Positions 1 to 9,504 of a stretch of 64,000 nucleotides of DNA are shown here, piece after piece. Position 1 is the first letter of the stretch. Each line of letters opens with the position of its first letter. The stretch comes from a virus, in IMG/VR virus record IMGVR_UViG_3300029505_000004, positions 1-64,000 of that record; one strand, 5' to 3'. A program made the position numbers and the translations under genes. Under the pieces are notes generated by a model. That model had not been told where the DNA came from. It ran no database searches and worked only from the letters and a program-made list of their open reading frames with translations.

Positions 1-155
1 GTGCAGCGACCGCCGGAGATAATGGTGCAGCGACCGCCGGAGATAATGGTGCAGCGACCGCCGGAGATAATGGTGCAGCGACCGCCGGATATCGTGGTGC
101 AGCGACCGCCGGAGATAATGGTGCAGCGACCGCCGGAGATAATGGTGCAGCGACT
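1..155 (+). repeat. 24-bp tandem repeat GTGCAGCGACCGCCGGAGATAATG, about 6.5 copies, running off the 5' window edge
   Basis: Identical units at 1-24, 25-48, 49-72, 97-120 and 121-144; variant unit at 73-96; partial unit at 145-155. Confidence 0.95.
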
Positions 156-383
156 TCACGAGGCAAATCATGTACCAGGGAAAATGGGTTGTCAGTAGCC
201 CGTGGAAACGATGTAAGAGTACGAGGGGGAATGGGAGCAATATTGGTAATTGCGGAAGAAAACGAAGATAATTATAACATTGCATCATGGAAGGCAGTTG
301 TAGTTGATGGTGTTAATGTAAAGCCTGATACATGGTACATGTTGCAAAATGGTGAATTAGTAGAAGATAATAATAAAAATTAA
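3..383 (+). CDS. 3' part of a repeat-containing hypothetical protein (octapeptide repeats AATAGDNG in frame 3); 5' end lies outside the window
   Basis: Frame 3 is open from nt 3 to TAA 381-383 and is continuous with track ORF 189..383. It stops 3 nt before the next ATG (387). The frame-1 ORF 1..198 dies inside non-repeat sequence. Confidence 0.6.
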   Translation, partial: AATAGDNGAATAGDNGAATAGDNGAATAGYRGAATAGDNGAATAGDNGAATSRGKSCTRENGLSVARGNDVRVRGGMGAILVIAEENEDNYNIASWKAVVVDGVNVKPDTWYMLQNGELVEDNNKN

Positions 384-386
384 GTT

Positions 387-1277
387 ATGGCAAAGAAAAA
401 GAATCAAACCAGAGTAGAGACTAGAAAGGATGAAATTAGGGTTACCACAAGAGATCTCAAACAAATGCTCAACAAGTACCTTGTTCATAATCTGTTCAGG
501 AAATGGACGGGAAATTTCATGGATCAAGATACCGGGGAAGTTGTAAGTCTTGACAGAAACGAACTTATTCTTGAAGCCGGAACATATCTGGGTAAGGAAG
601 AATGTTCTACTATCAACTTCTACATGCAGGAAGGATCAATCACGGAAGTGGAAGTATCTAACCAGAAAAGAATGGCATTCGAGAACGACCGAGACGCGCT
701 AGTTCCTTACATCGCACAGGTTATGCTGGACAAGAAGAAAAAATTCCTGTTGAAGGCTCAAAATATTGATCAGGCAAGAGAAATAGTAAAAGACTATACA
801 GAACTGAACTTTAAAAGCCCCTATCGTATAACTCTTCTTAAAGAATTTGACTATTGCACAATTCTGGTAGACAAACTTTCTGTTACCCCAATCGACGAAA
901 TAGGCAAACTTGCTATTGAATTTTCTGATCTTTACTCTGAAGAACAGATCAAAGCCCTTATGGGAGAAGGTGAAGAAGATATTCCGGAACCTAAATTCTA
1001 CAACATCGAAGCAAGAATAATACTCACCGGACCTAAAGAAGAATATAAAGAGGAAACAAACCAGACGTTTGTCGTGGAAACCTATAATGCGGAACGTGCA
1101 ATGCTAATCATTAATAAGTATCTCAATGATAAGCAGGATGAACTTGAAAAAGCCGCAAAAGAAAAAGGACGGGAATTCGATAGAAAGATCATTCACGCAA
1201 GTATAGAACAATCTTCCATCATTCCTGTGAACTCATATATTCCAGAAGAATTCAGTATAGCCTATGCAGAAAAATAG
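387..1277 (+). CDS. hypothetical protein (296 aa), early operon
   Basis: Long ORF, co-directional, overlaps the next gene by 14 nt; no motif recognised with certainty. Confidence 0.7.
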   Translation: MAKKKNQTRVETRKDEIRVTTRDLKQMLNKYLVHNLFRKWTGNFMDQDTGEVVSLDRNELILEAGTYLGKEECSTINFYMQEGSITEVEVSNQKRMAFENDRDALVPYIAQVMLDKKKKFLLKAQNIDQAREIVKDYTELNFKSPYRITLLKEFDYCTILVDKLSVTPIDEIGKLAIEFSDLYSEEQIKALMGEGEEDIPEPKFYNIEARIILTGPKEEYKEETNQTFVVETYNAERAMLIINKYLNDKQDELEKAAKEKGREFDRKIIHASIEQSSIIPVNSYIPEEFSIAYAEK

Positions 1278-1680
1278 AATTAGCCTTACCGATTTTCTAA
1301 AACAACAGAAAAAATCATCTGGTAAGCATGATGATGAAGAACACCGCATACAATGTTCTTGTGTAAAATGGTTCAGGATGCAATATCCCCAATACCAGAA
1401 TATCCTGTTTGCTATTCCTAATGCTGCAAGAAGAACCCCCCGAATTGGGGCTTACATGAAGGATGAAGGTATGCTTCCCGGTGTAGCTGATCTCATATTT
1501 CTGAAAAGTAACCGCAATTACAGTGCGCTATGTATTGAGATGAAAACTAAAGACGGAAGGCAAAGCGAATCACAGAAGAAATGGGAAAAAGCTGCAAAGG
1601 AAAATGGAAGTCATTATATCGTATGCCGGTCGTTTGACGAATTCAGAAAAGTAGTAACAGATTATATCAATGATATGTAA
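1264..1680 (+). CDS. VRR-NUC domain nuclease (PD-(D/E)xK fold)
   Basis: EEHRIQCSCVKWF ... GVADLIFL ... CIEMKTKDGRQSESQKKW ... VCRSFDEF matches the VRR-NUC D..(E)xK..Q..W layout. Confidence 0.8.
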   Translation: MQKNRISLTDFLKQQKKSSGKHDDEEHRIQCSCVKWFRMQYPQYQNILFAIPNAARRTPRIGAYMKDEGMLPGVADLIFLKSNRNYSALCIEMKTKDGRQSESQKKWEKAAKENGSHYIVCRSFDEFRKVVTDYINDM

Positions 1681-2333
1681 TGAACCGAAAATCATTCTTG
1701 CTGTATCTCGATACGCTGGACGTTATTCAGGAACTTACCGATGCACAGATCGGTAAACTATTCCGGGCCATCGTATCTTATCAGCACGGACTTGATGATC
1801 CAGATAACAGAGAATATGAAGAATTGCTGTCCGGAGATTCCCTGTTAAAGATTGCGTTTACTCCTTTCAAATCCCAGTTTGACAGAGATTTTCTTAAATA
1901 CAAAGAAGTGTGCGAGAAAAGAGCAAATGCCGGAAGGAAAGGAGGAATAGCAAAGGCAAGTAAGGCACCTGCAGGACCGGTAAATCCGGTTCCTGTAAAG
2001 CCTGTTAAAGCTTTTGGAGACATTATCCAAGAACTTAATTCCGATCAGTTATGGATCGAACAAATGTGCCGTCAGTCCGGAATAGGCGCAAAGACTTTTC
2101 TGGGAATTTTACCGGAACAAATTAATAAGTTCTTTGACTATATCTCTGCAACCGGACAGGAAGATACCGTGCTAACCACATCTGATGCAAAGAAACGGTT
2201 TTTCTGGTGGTGGAAAAATCAGGGTATAGAATCTATTAAACCAACCAATAATGGAAGAAAAACAAACATTAGCACAAAACCAGATATTCAACCTAGTAAA
2301 CCGCCTGAAAAAGACTATTCTGGTTCATTCTGA
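1680..2333 (+). CDS. replication-associated protein (replisome-organizer/DnaD-like N-terminal region), function uncertain
   Basis: N-terminus FLLYLDTLDVIQELTDAQIGKLFRAIVSYQ ... KRANAGRKGG resembles phage replication-organizer families from memory; sits upstream of the DnaC-like ATPase; TAATG overlap with the VRR-NUC gene. Confidence 0.4.
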   Translation: MNRKSFLLYLDTLDVIQELTDAQIGKLFRAIVSYQHGLDDPDNREYEELLSGDSLLKIAFTPFKSQFDRDFLKYKEVCEKRANAGRKGGIAKASKAPAGPVNPVPVKPVKAFGDIIQELNSDQLWIEQMCRQSGIGAKTFLGILPEQINKFFDYISATGQEDTVLTTSDAKKRFFWWWKNQGIESIKPTNNGRKTNISTKPDIQPSKPPEKDYSGSF

Positions 2334-2988
2334 GTATGACTTGACCGACTTTGATGAATTTGACCGGCATTGCCTTATGATTGAACAGATAGGTGCTGCA
2401 TACATGGGGCGAGAATTCAGGGAGTTTGTTATTGACAGTTACAATAAAGATGTTATAAGATTTCTTGTTTACTACTTCAACAACTGCAAGCTGGCTGAGA
2501 GTATCTTTCCCGACAAAGAATTTAAAGTTTACAAGAACCTTATGATCCTGGGATCTCCGGGAACAGGAAAGACATTGCTTATGCAGATATTTTCAGACTA
2601 TCTTATGCTGACAGGAAACCCCAACCGGTTCTATAACGTGTCTGTAACCCAAATGATGAATTACTACAAGATGAACGGGCATATAGACAGGTATACATAC
2701 AACGAAAATTCCGGCAAAGGAAGTATAGAAGGTGATCCATTCAACATCTGTATTAATGACATCGGTCTGGAAACAGAGAATCAGAAAAGCTATGGTACTT
2801 CACTTGATCTAGTAATAGATGAATTCCTGTATGCCAGATATGAGATATTTCAGAACCAGTTTAAGAAATGCCATATAACCAGCAATCTTTCACCTGATGA
2901 ATTCAAAGAAAGGTTTGGATATCGGCTGGTAGACCGGTTCAAGAGTTTTAACGTAATACCTTTATTAGGAGATAGTAGAAGAATATGA
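2251..2988 (+). CDS. DnaC/IstB-like AAA+ ATPase (helicase-loader type)
   Basis: Walker A GSPGTGKT; Walker B-like ICINDIGLE. Start uncertain: ATG 2251 overlaps the upstream gene by 83 nt, and the next in-frame ATG is near 2377. Confidence 0.7.
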   Translation: MEEKQTLAQNQIFNLVNRLKKTILVHSEYDLTDFDEFDRHCLMIEQIGAAYMGREFREFVIDSYNKDVIRFLVYYFNNCKLAESIFPDKEFKVYKNLMILGSPGTGKTLLMQIFSDYLMLTGNPNRFYNVSVTQMMNYYKMNGHIDRYTYNENSGKGSIEGDPFNICINDIGLETENQKSYGTSLDLVIDEFLYARYEIFQNQFKKCHITSNLSPDEFKERFGYRLVDRFKSFNVIPLLGDSRRI

Positions 2989-3377
2989 TCAGACAAGACC
3001 AGTTTCCCCTTACATCATATCCCGGAAAATCATTCCAGAAGGAATACAGGGGAACAGATATCGTAATAGTGATATCAGCAGGACGCGGGATAGACTGCAT
3101 TGTTATGAAGGACAATAAGGTTTTCTGGAAAGATCACCGGAAGTTTATAAAAGTCAGTGACTATTTTAAACAAGCAGAACAACAAATAGATTTCTTGATC
3201 GAAGGAAGAACAGATTTACGCCTTCAAATGATGCAGCAGCAGCTTGATACGATTAAGGATAAAGCTATGCGTGCGGCAAAACAAGCTATGGCTACCGCTT
3301 TATCATTATCGAAAGATCGCAAAGATCTGATGGATTTTTTTGATTTTGAAATTAAAAAACAATTTGGGAAAATATGA
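2985..3377 (+). CDS. hypothetical protein (130 aa)
   Basis: ORF with ATGA start/stop overlap at both ends. Confidence 0.65.
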   Translation: MIRQDQFPLTSYPGKSFQKEYRGTDIVIVISAGRGIDCIVMKDNKVFWKDHRKFIKVSDYFKQAEQQIDFLIEGRTDLRLQMMQQQLDTIKDKAMRAAKQAMATALSLSKDRKDLMDFFDFEIKKQFGKI

Positions 3378-3766
3378 TAAACGATAAACTAATGTCATTT
3401 ATGTGCTCAAGAATTCCTTTCGGGTTGAAGGTGTTTTCTTCGGAATATGGAATTCTGGAATTGGAAAGTGTAAGCCGTGATGGAATGGTTGAACTTAGAG
3501 GGAATAATGAATCTTCTGTTTATACCCAATTCTTTAACGTAAAACCAATATTATATCCTGCTGAAATGTTTTTGAATGATGTTGTTGTATGCGTCAGTCA
3601 AAGCACTGTGAAATATGTTATAAATGGTATTTTCCCATATTTTACCGACCAGCTTGGATTTGTCAATGAAGGTCTGGCCGTCTCGGTTTTCGATTTACCT
3701 TTTGATCCGTACATGAAATATGACGGGAACCAATTTAAAGTAGGAACACAAAACATAGTAAAATGA
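3374..3766 (+). CDS. hypothetical protein (130 aa)
   Basis: ORF with ATGA coupling to both neighbours. Confidence 0.65.
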   Translation: MINDKLMSFMCSRIPFGLKVFSSEYGILELESVSRDGMVELRGNNESSVYTQFFNVKPILYPAEMFLNDVVVCVSQSTVKYVINGIFPYFTDQLGFVNEGLAVSVFDLPFDPYMKYDGNQFKVGTQNIVK

Positions 3767-4122
3767 TACCTCTGGGATTTATTACAGCCTTACAAGGCTT
3801 AGAAAGTATTCTAGCCAAAACATATAACAAAAGTATATATATGGGAACAAAGTTAATAACACTTCCTTATTCTGAATATCAGGAATTACTTCAAAAGGCA
3901 AATGCCACCAATTACCAGTTGATTAAAGAATCGGAGAACATCAGGAAGGAATACGAATCACTCCTTGAGAAAAGCAACAATTTATACAAAAATTATTTTG
4001 AACTGTATACAAAGCAAAAAGAAGAAATCAAAGAAATGGAACGAGTAATTACTCAGCTTAAAATGGAGTTAAGCAAGAAATGGTGGAAACGTATCTTTAA
4101 TCATAAAAAACTGGAATTATGA
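3763..4122 (+). CDS. hypothetical coiled-coil protein (119 aa)
   Basis: ORF with ATGA coupling; K/E-rich heptad-like C-terminal half. Confidence 0.6.
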   Translation: MIPLGFITALQGLESILAKTYNKSIYMGTKLITLPYSEYQELLQKANATNYQLIKESENIRKEYESLLEKSNNLYKNYFELYTKQKEEIKEMERVITQLKMELSKKWWKRIFNHKKLEL

Positions 4123-4748
4123 CAAAGGAAGAAGCAAACAATATCATAGCAGGAAATGAAGCTATGGTGATCGGATGCACTTACAACGTGCTATTTACAA
4201 ATGATATAGTGATAGGTCTTACGATAGAAGCTGTTGAATCTATCAGGAAATCTCCATTATACCGGTTTGATACCAAAAGAAAAGTAAATATAGTAGAGAA
4301 AGATCGCTTGAAATATGAAAGGTTGATAAATGAAGTAATTGGTAACACAAGTTCTTTCTTTGCTGACGCAAACGACATTTTTCTTGAAGATATTCAGAAG
4401 CATGTAGATATACTGTACTACTCGATTAAAAGAGAATTTGATAAAGTGAATTTATCTTTTTCCGGCATAATAGCACGCATGGAACTTGCCAGAACATTGT
4501 GTGAATTCTCATGCCTTCAACTGGATAAAAGAGAAGAGGAACTTCAAGAGAAGGACAAGCGTTTCAAGAAATTCGGCATTGACTATTTACGTTTGACGAA
4601 TCTTTTACGGTCGTTATCCGAAACAATGAAAACCTTAAATGTACCCTGTACGGTAAATCTTAATACTGAAGAATGTACAAAAGCAATTAATATATTATCT
4701 GTTAAACTTGCTGATGCGAATACAATCGCAAAAGCTATATCCGCATAA
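4119..4748 (+). CDS. hypothetical protein (209 aa)
   Basis: ORF with ATGA coupling to the upstream gene. Confidence 0.65.
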   Translation: MTKEEANNIIAGNEAMVIGCTYNVLFTNDIVIGLTIEAVESIRKSPLYRFDTKRKVNIVEKDRLKYERLINEVIGNTSSFFADANDIFLEDIQKHVDILYYSIKREFDKVNLSFSGIIARMELARTLCEFSCLQLDKREEELQEKDKRFKKFGIDYLRLTNLLRSLSETMKTLNVPCTVNLNTEECTKAINILSVKLADANTIAKAISA

Positions 4749-4751
4749 GTT

Positions 4752-4967
4752 ATGAAGAAATCACAAGATCCGATAGTCCAGCGTAAAGTAGATCTGGAAG
4801 AAAACCCTAAAGGAACCATGCTCAAAGTATCTCAGCAAAGAGATCTGGAGGAAAACGGAAGATATGTTCCAGTTCCGGGAGATAAAAATCACACAATGAT
4901 TTTCGTCCGTAATGGTGATGATCCAGAAAAGAGAATTGCTGCATATCTGGAAAGAACTAGATATTAA
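4752..4967 (+). CDS. hypothetical protein (71 aa)
   Basis: ORF starting 3 nt after the upstream stop. Confidence 0.5.
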   Translation: MKKSQDPIVQRKVDLEENPKGTMLKVSQQRDLEENGRYVPVPGDKNHTMIFVRNGDDPEKRIAAYLERTRY

Positions 4968-4985
4968 TTTTTAAAATAATACATT

Positions 4986-5858
4986 ATGAAAAAGACTTAT
5001 AAATTTGAACTTCCACAAAACAAGGAATTAAAAAGCGCAAATACACGTGTAGAAGATGGGAAACTTTTTGTTGATGTTGAGTTTCAAGAGAAGTTTGATC
5101 CGAAAGATGGTGATTTTCTGTATTGTAAAGACTGTGGAGTTTTCATTTGCAGAGGTAATTCACCTTATGAAGGAACATTGAGAGCATATATTGGTATTAA
5201 TAGAGGTGGGGAATTAGTAGATCAACCAGAATTGTTTCTTAATACAACATATTGGTGCTGGATGGGAGATTGTAGGTATGCCACACCCGAAGAAAAAGCT
5301 GCCTTCCTTGAAAGGCTTGAAAAGAAATGTCACAAGAAATGGAATTCGGAAAAGAAATGCTTGGAAGATATCTATATACCTAAATTTGGGGATATTGTAA
5401 GAATTGATCATCCAGACATTAATGAATACAAAAGACAGTATGTAATAAGCATATTCCCAGATAAGGAAGTTCCTAATACAAGTGTTAGTGGTTTCTTTGA
5501 TGTATGCGGAATAGATATGGATGGAAATCTGTTTTTTGAGGGTAAAGCTTACTATAATTACGGATATGTATCTCCTGCATCAGAATCAGAGAAACAAGAA
5601 CTGTTTAGCAAACTAGAAGATGTAGGCCTTAGATGGAATTCTGAAACTAAGAGTTTTGAAAATATAAGATGGAGAGCAGGTCAACTTTGTGAATATTATT
5701 CAATAGATTTCAATTATACAATAAAAAGATATGTTGAATCTTTTTCTATTGAAGATTTTAAGAGATATACAAATGGTAATTACTTCCGCACACCCGAAGC
5801 CGCCCAAAAGGTAGCCGACCAGATAAAAGATATTTTCAAAAAAAGTAAAGTTGAATGA
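4986..5858 (+). CDS. hypothetical protein (290 aa)
   Basis: Long ORF in the operon. Confidence 0.65.
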   Translation: MKKTYKFELPQNKELKSANTRVEDGKLFVDVEFQEKFDPKDGDFLYCKDCGVFICRGNSPYEGTLRAYIGINRGGELVDQPELFLNTTYWCWMGDCRYATPEEKAAFLERLEKKCHKKWNSEKKCLEDIYIPKFGDIVRIDHPDINEYKRQYVISIFPDKEVPNTSVSGFFDVCGIDMDGNLFFEGKAYYNYGYVSPASESEKQELFSKLEDVGLRWNSETKSFENIRWRAGQLCEYYSIDFNYTIKRYVESFSIEDFKRYTNGNYFRTPEAAQKVADQIKDIFKKSKVE

Positions 5859-6175
5859 CTATGGATAAAGAAGATATCGAAAAAGCAGCAGCCGAATATG
5901 CAAATGAAGCTTGCCGTCCACTATGGAGAACAGGTAACGAACAGGTCTGTATGACCGATTTCATAGAAGGTGTAAAATGGCGAATAAATTCAGTTTGGCA
6001 TTACGATAAATCAATGCCTAATATAAATGAGCCATTTTTACTAATAGATCATAAGTGGGCATTAGTTTTACGGATAGGTTGCGAAAGAGACTGGGCTATT
6101 ATGATAAAGGATAAAATATTTGTTAAATGGGCATACATTAAGGATTTAATACCAAATAAGGAGGGAGAACAATGA
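5855..6175 (+). CDS. hypothetical protein (106 aa)
   Basis: ATGA coupling at both ends. Confidence 0.6.
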   Translation: MTMDKEDIEKAAAEYANEACRPLWRTGNEQVCMTDFIEGVKWRINSVWHYDKSMPNINEPFLLIDHKWALVLRIGCERDWAIMIKDKIFVKWAYIKDLIPNKEGEQ

Positions 6176-6483
6176 TAGATGAATTACCTAATAATATACA
6201 CCCCGATGTTTTACGGAAAGTCACATCATTAAGATCTTATGCAAGAGACATAATTTCAGAAGCTAAATATCAACTTGGTGGAGAGTTCCCAAAAGGTAAA
6301 AGGGTGGCAATAAATAAGGCTGTACCATTTAGTGATAACCTTAGAATGATTGAGACTAAACAAGCATTTGAAGTGCTCAAGAGGTATTTAAGACGAAAGT
6401 ATAGCCGATTGCATTATGAAGAATATATTGGAGGATATGAAGTACGTTTCTGTATTTCGTTTTACACAGATAAGGAGGACTAA
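6172..6483 (+). CDS. hypothetical protein (103 aa)
   Basis: ATGA coupling to the upstream gene. Confidence 0.6.
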   Translation: MIDELPNNIHPDVLRKVTSLRSYARDIISEAKYQLGGEFPKGKRVAINKAVPFSDNLRMIETKQAFEVLKRYLRRKYSRLHYEEYIGGYEVRFCISFYTDKED

Positions 6484-6485
6484 TT

Positions 6486-6590
6486 ATGACAGAGCAAGAA
6501 TTAGACAATATATGCGAACAGACACAATGCGATGGGGATTGCGTTCAATGTCCGATATTTGCAGAGTATATAAGCGGAAAGGAAGAATGA
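6486..6590 (+). CDS. small Cys-rich ORF (34 aa, MTEQELDNICEQTQCDGDCVQCPIFAEYISGKEE), not in the track
   Basis: Hand translation; starts 2 nt after the upstream stop; four Cys in a C-x4-C-x3-C-x2-C pattern. Confidence 0.3.
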   Translation: MTEQELDNICEQTQCDGDCVQCPIFAEYISGKEE

Positions 6591-6593
6591 TAT

Positions 6594-6773
6594 ATGAGGA
6601 AAGATGAATTGGTAGTATTAAGGTTTCATACAAAAGAAGATTTAGATAAAGCATTGTCATTTTTGAGCAATAAGTCAAAACGTGAAATACTACCAAAAAC
6701 TAATACTGGGTATTATGTGAAAATATCAAAAAGTAGTGCCATAAAGATAGAAAAGGAATTGAATAAAAAGTAG
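6594..6773 (+). CDS. small ORF (59 aa, MRKDELVVLRFHTKEDLDKALSFLSNK...), just below the track cutoff
   Basis: Hand translation; fills an otherwise empty co-directional gap; the competing track ORFs 6416..6607(+) and 6484..6696(-) look spurious. Confidence 0.35.
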   Translation: MRKDELVVLRFHTKEDLDKALSFLSNKSKREILPKTNTGYYVKISKSSAIKIEKELNKK

Positions 6774-6798
6774 ATGTTATTTTCGTAAAAGTGGAGGA

Positions 6799-7215
6799 AT
6801 GATTATGAACAGAGAAATAAAATTCAGAGGAAAATCAGAAGTCACAAATGAGTGGGTTTACGGCTCACTTGTAAAGGTTGGGAACGAAAGTCATATAGTC
6901 GGATTTGATGAAGTAGACTTAGACGGACATCATCTAAGCTATTGCAGTGATAGACCGATATTCACGAAACAGGGAACAATAGGCCAGTTTACCGGGAAAT
7001 ATGATAAAAACGGAAAAGAAATATACGAAGGAGATATATTAAGACATCTAAATGGAAATACATTTCAAGTTTTATACTCTAATCGCACTACTTCTTTTAT
7101 TCTTATATCTATTTCTCACAAAGAAGTTGGTTTAGATTTGGGTATTTATGATACTGAAAATTGTTTTGAGGTAATTGGTAACATATACGATAATAAAGAA
7201 CTTTTGGAGGAATAA
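6799..7215 (+). CDS. YopX family protein
   Basis: IKFRGK ... EWVYG ... TIGQFTGKYDKNGKEIYEGDIL ... VIGNIYDNKELL is the classic YopX signature. Confidence 0.85.
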   Translation: MIMNREIKFRGKSEVTNEWVYGSLVKVGNESHIVGFDEVDLDGHHLSYCSDRPIFTKQGTIGQFTGKYDKNGKEIYEGDILRHLNGNTFQVLYSNRTTSFILISISHKEVGLDLGIYDTENCFEVIGNIYDNKELLEE

Positions 7216-7218
7216 ATT

Positions 7219-7737
7219 ATGAAACCAATTCTTGATGCTTGCTGCGGTGGGAAAATGTTTTATTTTGATAAATCAGACAATAGAGTTTTATTTCAAGATA
7301 TTCGCAAAGTAAAGACAACTCTTTGTGATGGTAGAATCTTTGAAGTAAATCCTGATGTTCAATGTGATTTTACTAAAATGCCATACGGAGATGATACTTT
7401 TTCTATGGTAGTATTTGATCCACCTCATTTAGTTTACAGCCGGGGGAAAAAGTCTAAAATGGTTGACTTGTATGGATGCTTAAGTGACAAAGCAATGCCA
7501 ACAGGGTATCAACAAATTAAATATGGAGCATTATATTCCGATTGGCGAGATATGCTTTCAAAAGGTTTTAAAGAGTGCTTTAGGGTATTAAAATCAGGTG
7601 GATTTTTGATTTTTAAGTGGAATGATACAGATATAAAGGTTTCTGAGATTTTAAAGTTGACACCTGAAAAACCTGTATTTGGTCATATATCAGGGAAACG
7701 CTCTAATACTCATTGGATTTGTTTTATGAAAGAATAA
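7219..7737 (+). CDS. small SAM-dependent DNA methyltransferase (N6-A/N4-C type, DPPH motif)
   Basis: Motif I-like ILDACCGGKMF and motif IV VVFDPPHL. Confidence 0.6.
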   Translation: MKPILDACCGGKMFYFDKSDNRVLFQDIRKVKTTLCDGRIFEVNPDVQCDFTKMPYGDDTFSMVVFDPPHLVYSRGKKSKMVDLYGCLSDKAMPTGYQQIKYGALYSDWRDMLSKGFKECFRVLKSGGFLIFKWNDTDIKVSEILKLTPEKPVFGHISGKRSNTHWICFMKE

Positions 7738-7739
7738 TA

Positions 7740-8042
7740 ATGCTTAAAAGGGGATCATTTTCGGTTAAATTCCTTGCGGAAGGTGTATTGTTCCGTGAGG
7801 AATACGAACTTCCTTACAGAACGGAAGAACCGGTTTACTGGGCAAGAAATATGCTTAATACACATTCCACTTTATACCAAAACGCCTTAGAAAGAATTGC
7901 GAAAGACTTAGGAATATCTTTTTCTTATAAAAGAAAAGGATGGGAAAATAGAAGAATGGTTTGTTTTTTAGGGCTTGGATTGAAGGGAATTGATATAATT
8001 GAGATTAATGAAATACACAATCATTTAATATTGGAGGACTGA
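7740..8042 (+). CDS. hypothetical protein (100 aa)
   Basis: ATG at 7740, 2 nt after the upstream TAA; the track start at 7713 is a non-ATG extension. Confidence 0.55.
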   Translation: MLKRGSFSVKFLAEGVLFREEYELPYRTEEPVYWARNMLNTHSTLYQNALERIAKDLGISFSYKRKGWENRRMVCFLGLGLKGIDIIEINEIHNHLILED

Positions 8043-8045
8043 GAT

Positions 8046-8348
8046 ATGAAAGCAAAAGTAAAAGCAACCGGAAAAGTAGTTGAAGCAGTAATAGATAAAT
8101 GTTCTGTACCTGCATCCGGATATGGAGCAAAGTTTGTTTATGACTGTTCGGATGGAAAAAAATATTTTGATACCGAATTGGATTTTATCAATGTTTACCC
8201 AGATTGGCAGCAGATAAGAATACATGCTTCAATTGCAGCAATGCAAGGATGTTTGGCGAATAATACTTTTTATGCTACCAAAGAAAATATTACAAAGTTG
8301 TCTGTCGGATTTGCTGATGCGCTGATTGAAGAACTTAAAAAAAAGTAA
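8046..8348 (+). CDS. hypothetical protein (100 aa)
   Basis: ORF in the operon. Confidence 0.6.
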   Translation: MKAKVKATGKVVEAVIDKCSVPASGYGAKFVYDCSDGKKYFDTELDFINVYPDWQQIRIHASIAAMQGCLANNTFYATKENITKLSVGFADALIEELKKK

Positions 8349-8349
8349 T

Positions 8350-8823
8350 ATGGGAAAGGAAGAAAAAGCAATGAGATACGTGCAGGATAAGATGTTCCCG
8401 CACATTATTAATGCTTCACGAATAACTGATCCATGTTTTACAAGAGATGATCTGAGAAAAGCGTATGAATCCGGATATGATGAGGGCTATTCTGAAGGAA
8501 GAACAGAAAATCTACTTGATCAATTAAAAAAGAATAAAGATGAAGAAGCAGAATTGATCTGTAAGAGAAAACAGGATGAAGCGTGGACTGAATTTAAAAA
8601 GATTTTCTATAATATGGAGACAAAGGAAGATAAAGCAAAAAAGTATGCTGAAGGACTTAATAAAGTAGGCCAGTCTTTTGATATATATTATGTTGAGCAA
8701 GCTTTTCTGGATGGCTGGGAAGAATGTATGAAATATCTTAAATCTTTACCTTTAGATGAAGCTTCTAACAGAATTTTATATCATGGGACTAAAATAGGTG
8801 ATAAATCAACTTTTAATGATTAA
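8350..8823 (+). CDS. hypothetical protein (157 aa)
   Basis: ATG 8350 immediately after the upstream TAA (8346-8348); in frame with track ORF 8326..8823. Confidence 0.6.
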   Translation: MGKEEKAMRYVQDKMFPHIINASRITDPCFTRDDLRKAYESGYDEGYSEGRTENLLDQLKKNKDEEAELICKRKQDEAWTEFKKIFYNMETKEDKAKKYAEGLNKVGQSFDIYYVEQAFLDGWEECMKYLKSLPLDEASNRILYHGTKIGDKSTFND

Positions 8824-8891
8824 GTGATATGGAAACAAAATATGTAAGAGTGCCATTTGATGTTGAATTATGATAACTGGGAGGAATAGAT

Positions 8892-9497
8892 ATGCAAAAG
8901 ATAATGTTCAACGACAAATACGGCTTAACTAAAGCCGTATTGGAAGGAAGAAAGACGCAGACAAGAAGAATTATCCCAAAGGATTTTTTCACTTTGCAAT
9001 GGGACGTAAGGGATGATACTCTTGTTGTAGAGAACGAATGGGGTGATTTTATTGATATAAGAAACACCAAATTCTGCATGTTTAAGAAGGATGAAATTGT
9101 GGCGGTTGCTCAAAGTTACAAAGACTGTGGAGGTTTTATGGAGGATGGTACTCCAAGATGGGATTACATATCATGTATTGTCGGAAACAAAAATGCAGGT
9201 TGGTCTAACAAGATGTTTGTAAAGCCAGAACTTATGCCGCATCAAATTCGCATGAAAAACGTAAGAATTGAGCGTTTACAAGATATTTCGGATGAGGATT
9301 GCTTGGCTGAAGGAATAGAGTTTGACGCAAAAGCGAAATCATTTTATTGTGGGATGAATGTATTGAACAATTCTAAAATTTGGCTAGGTTGTAGCCCTCG
9401 TGAAGCCTATGCCACATTGATTGACAAAGTAGGCAAGAAAGGTGATTGGAATAAGAATCCGTATGTATTTGCTTATGAATTTGAACTTATAAAATAA
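8892..9497 (+). CDS. ASCH-domain-like protein
   Basis: N-terminal FNDKYGLTKAVLEGRKTQTRR resembles the ASCH G-x-K-T-x-T-x-R signature. Confidence 0.45.
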   Translation: MQKIMFNDKYGLTKAVLEGRKTQTRRIIPKDFFTLQWDVRDDTLVVENEWGDFIDIRNTKFCMFKKDEIVAVAQSYKDCGGFMEDGTPRWDYISCIVGNKNAGWSNKMFVKPELMPHQIRMKNVRIERLQDISDEDCLAEGIEFDAKAKSFYCGMNVLNNSKIWLGCSPREAYATLIDKVGKKGDWNKNPYVFAYEFELIK

Positions 9498-9504
9498 TTG
9501 AATT

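Noticed and set aside
1-198. Frame-1 ORF with VQRPPEIM repeats
   Set aside because: It is an alternative reading of the 24-bp repeat. Frame 3 is continuous with the downstream non-repeat domain and with the operon spacing, so frame 1 is probably not the coding frame.
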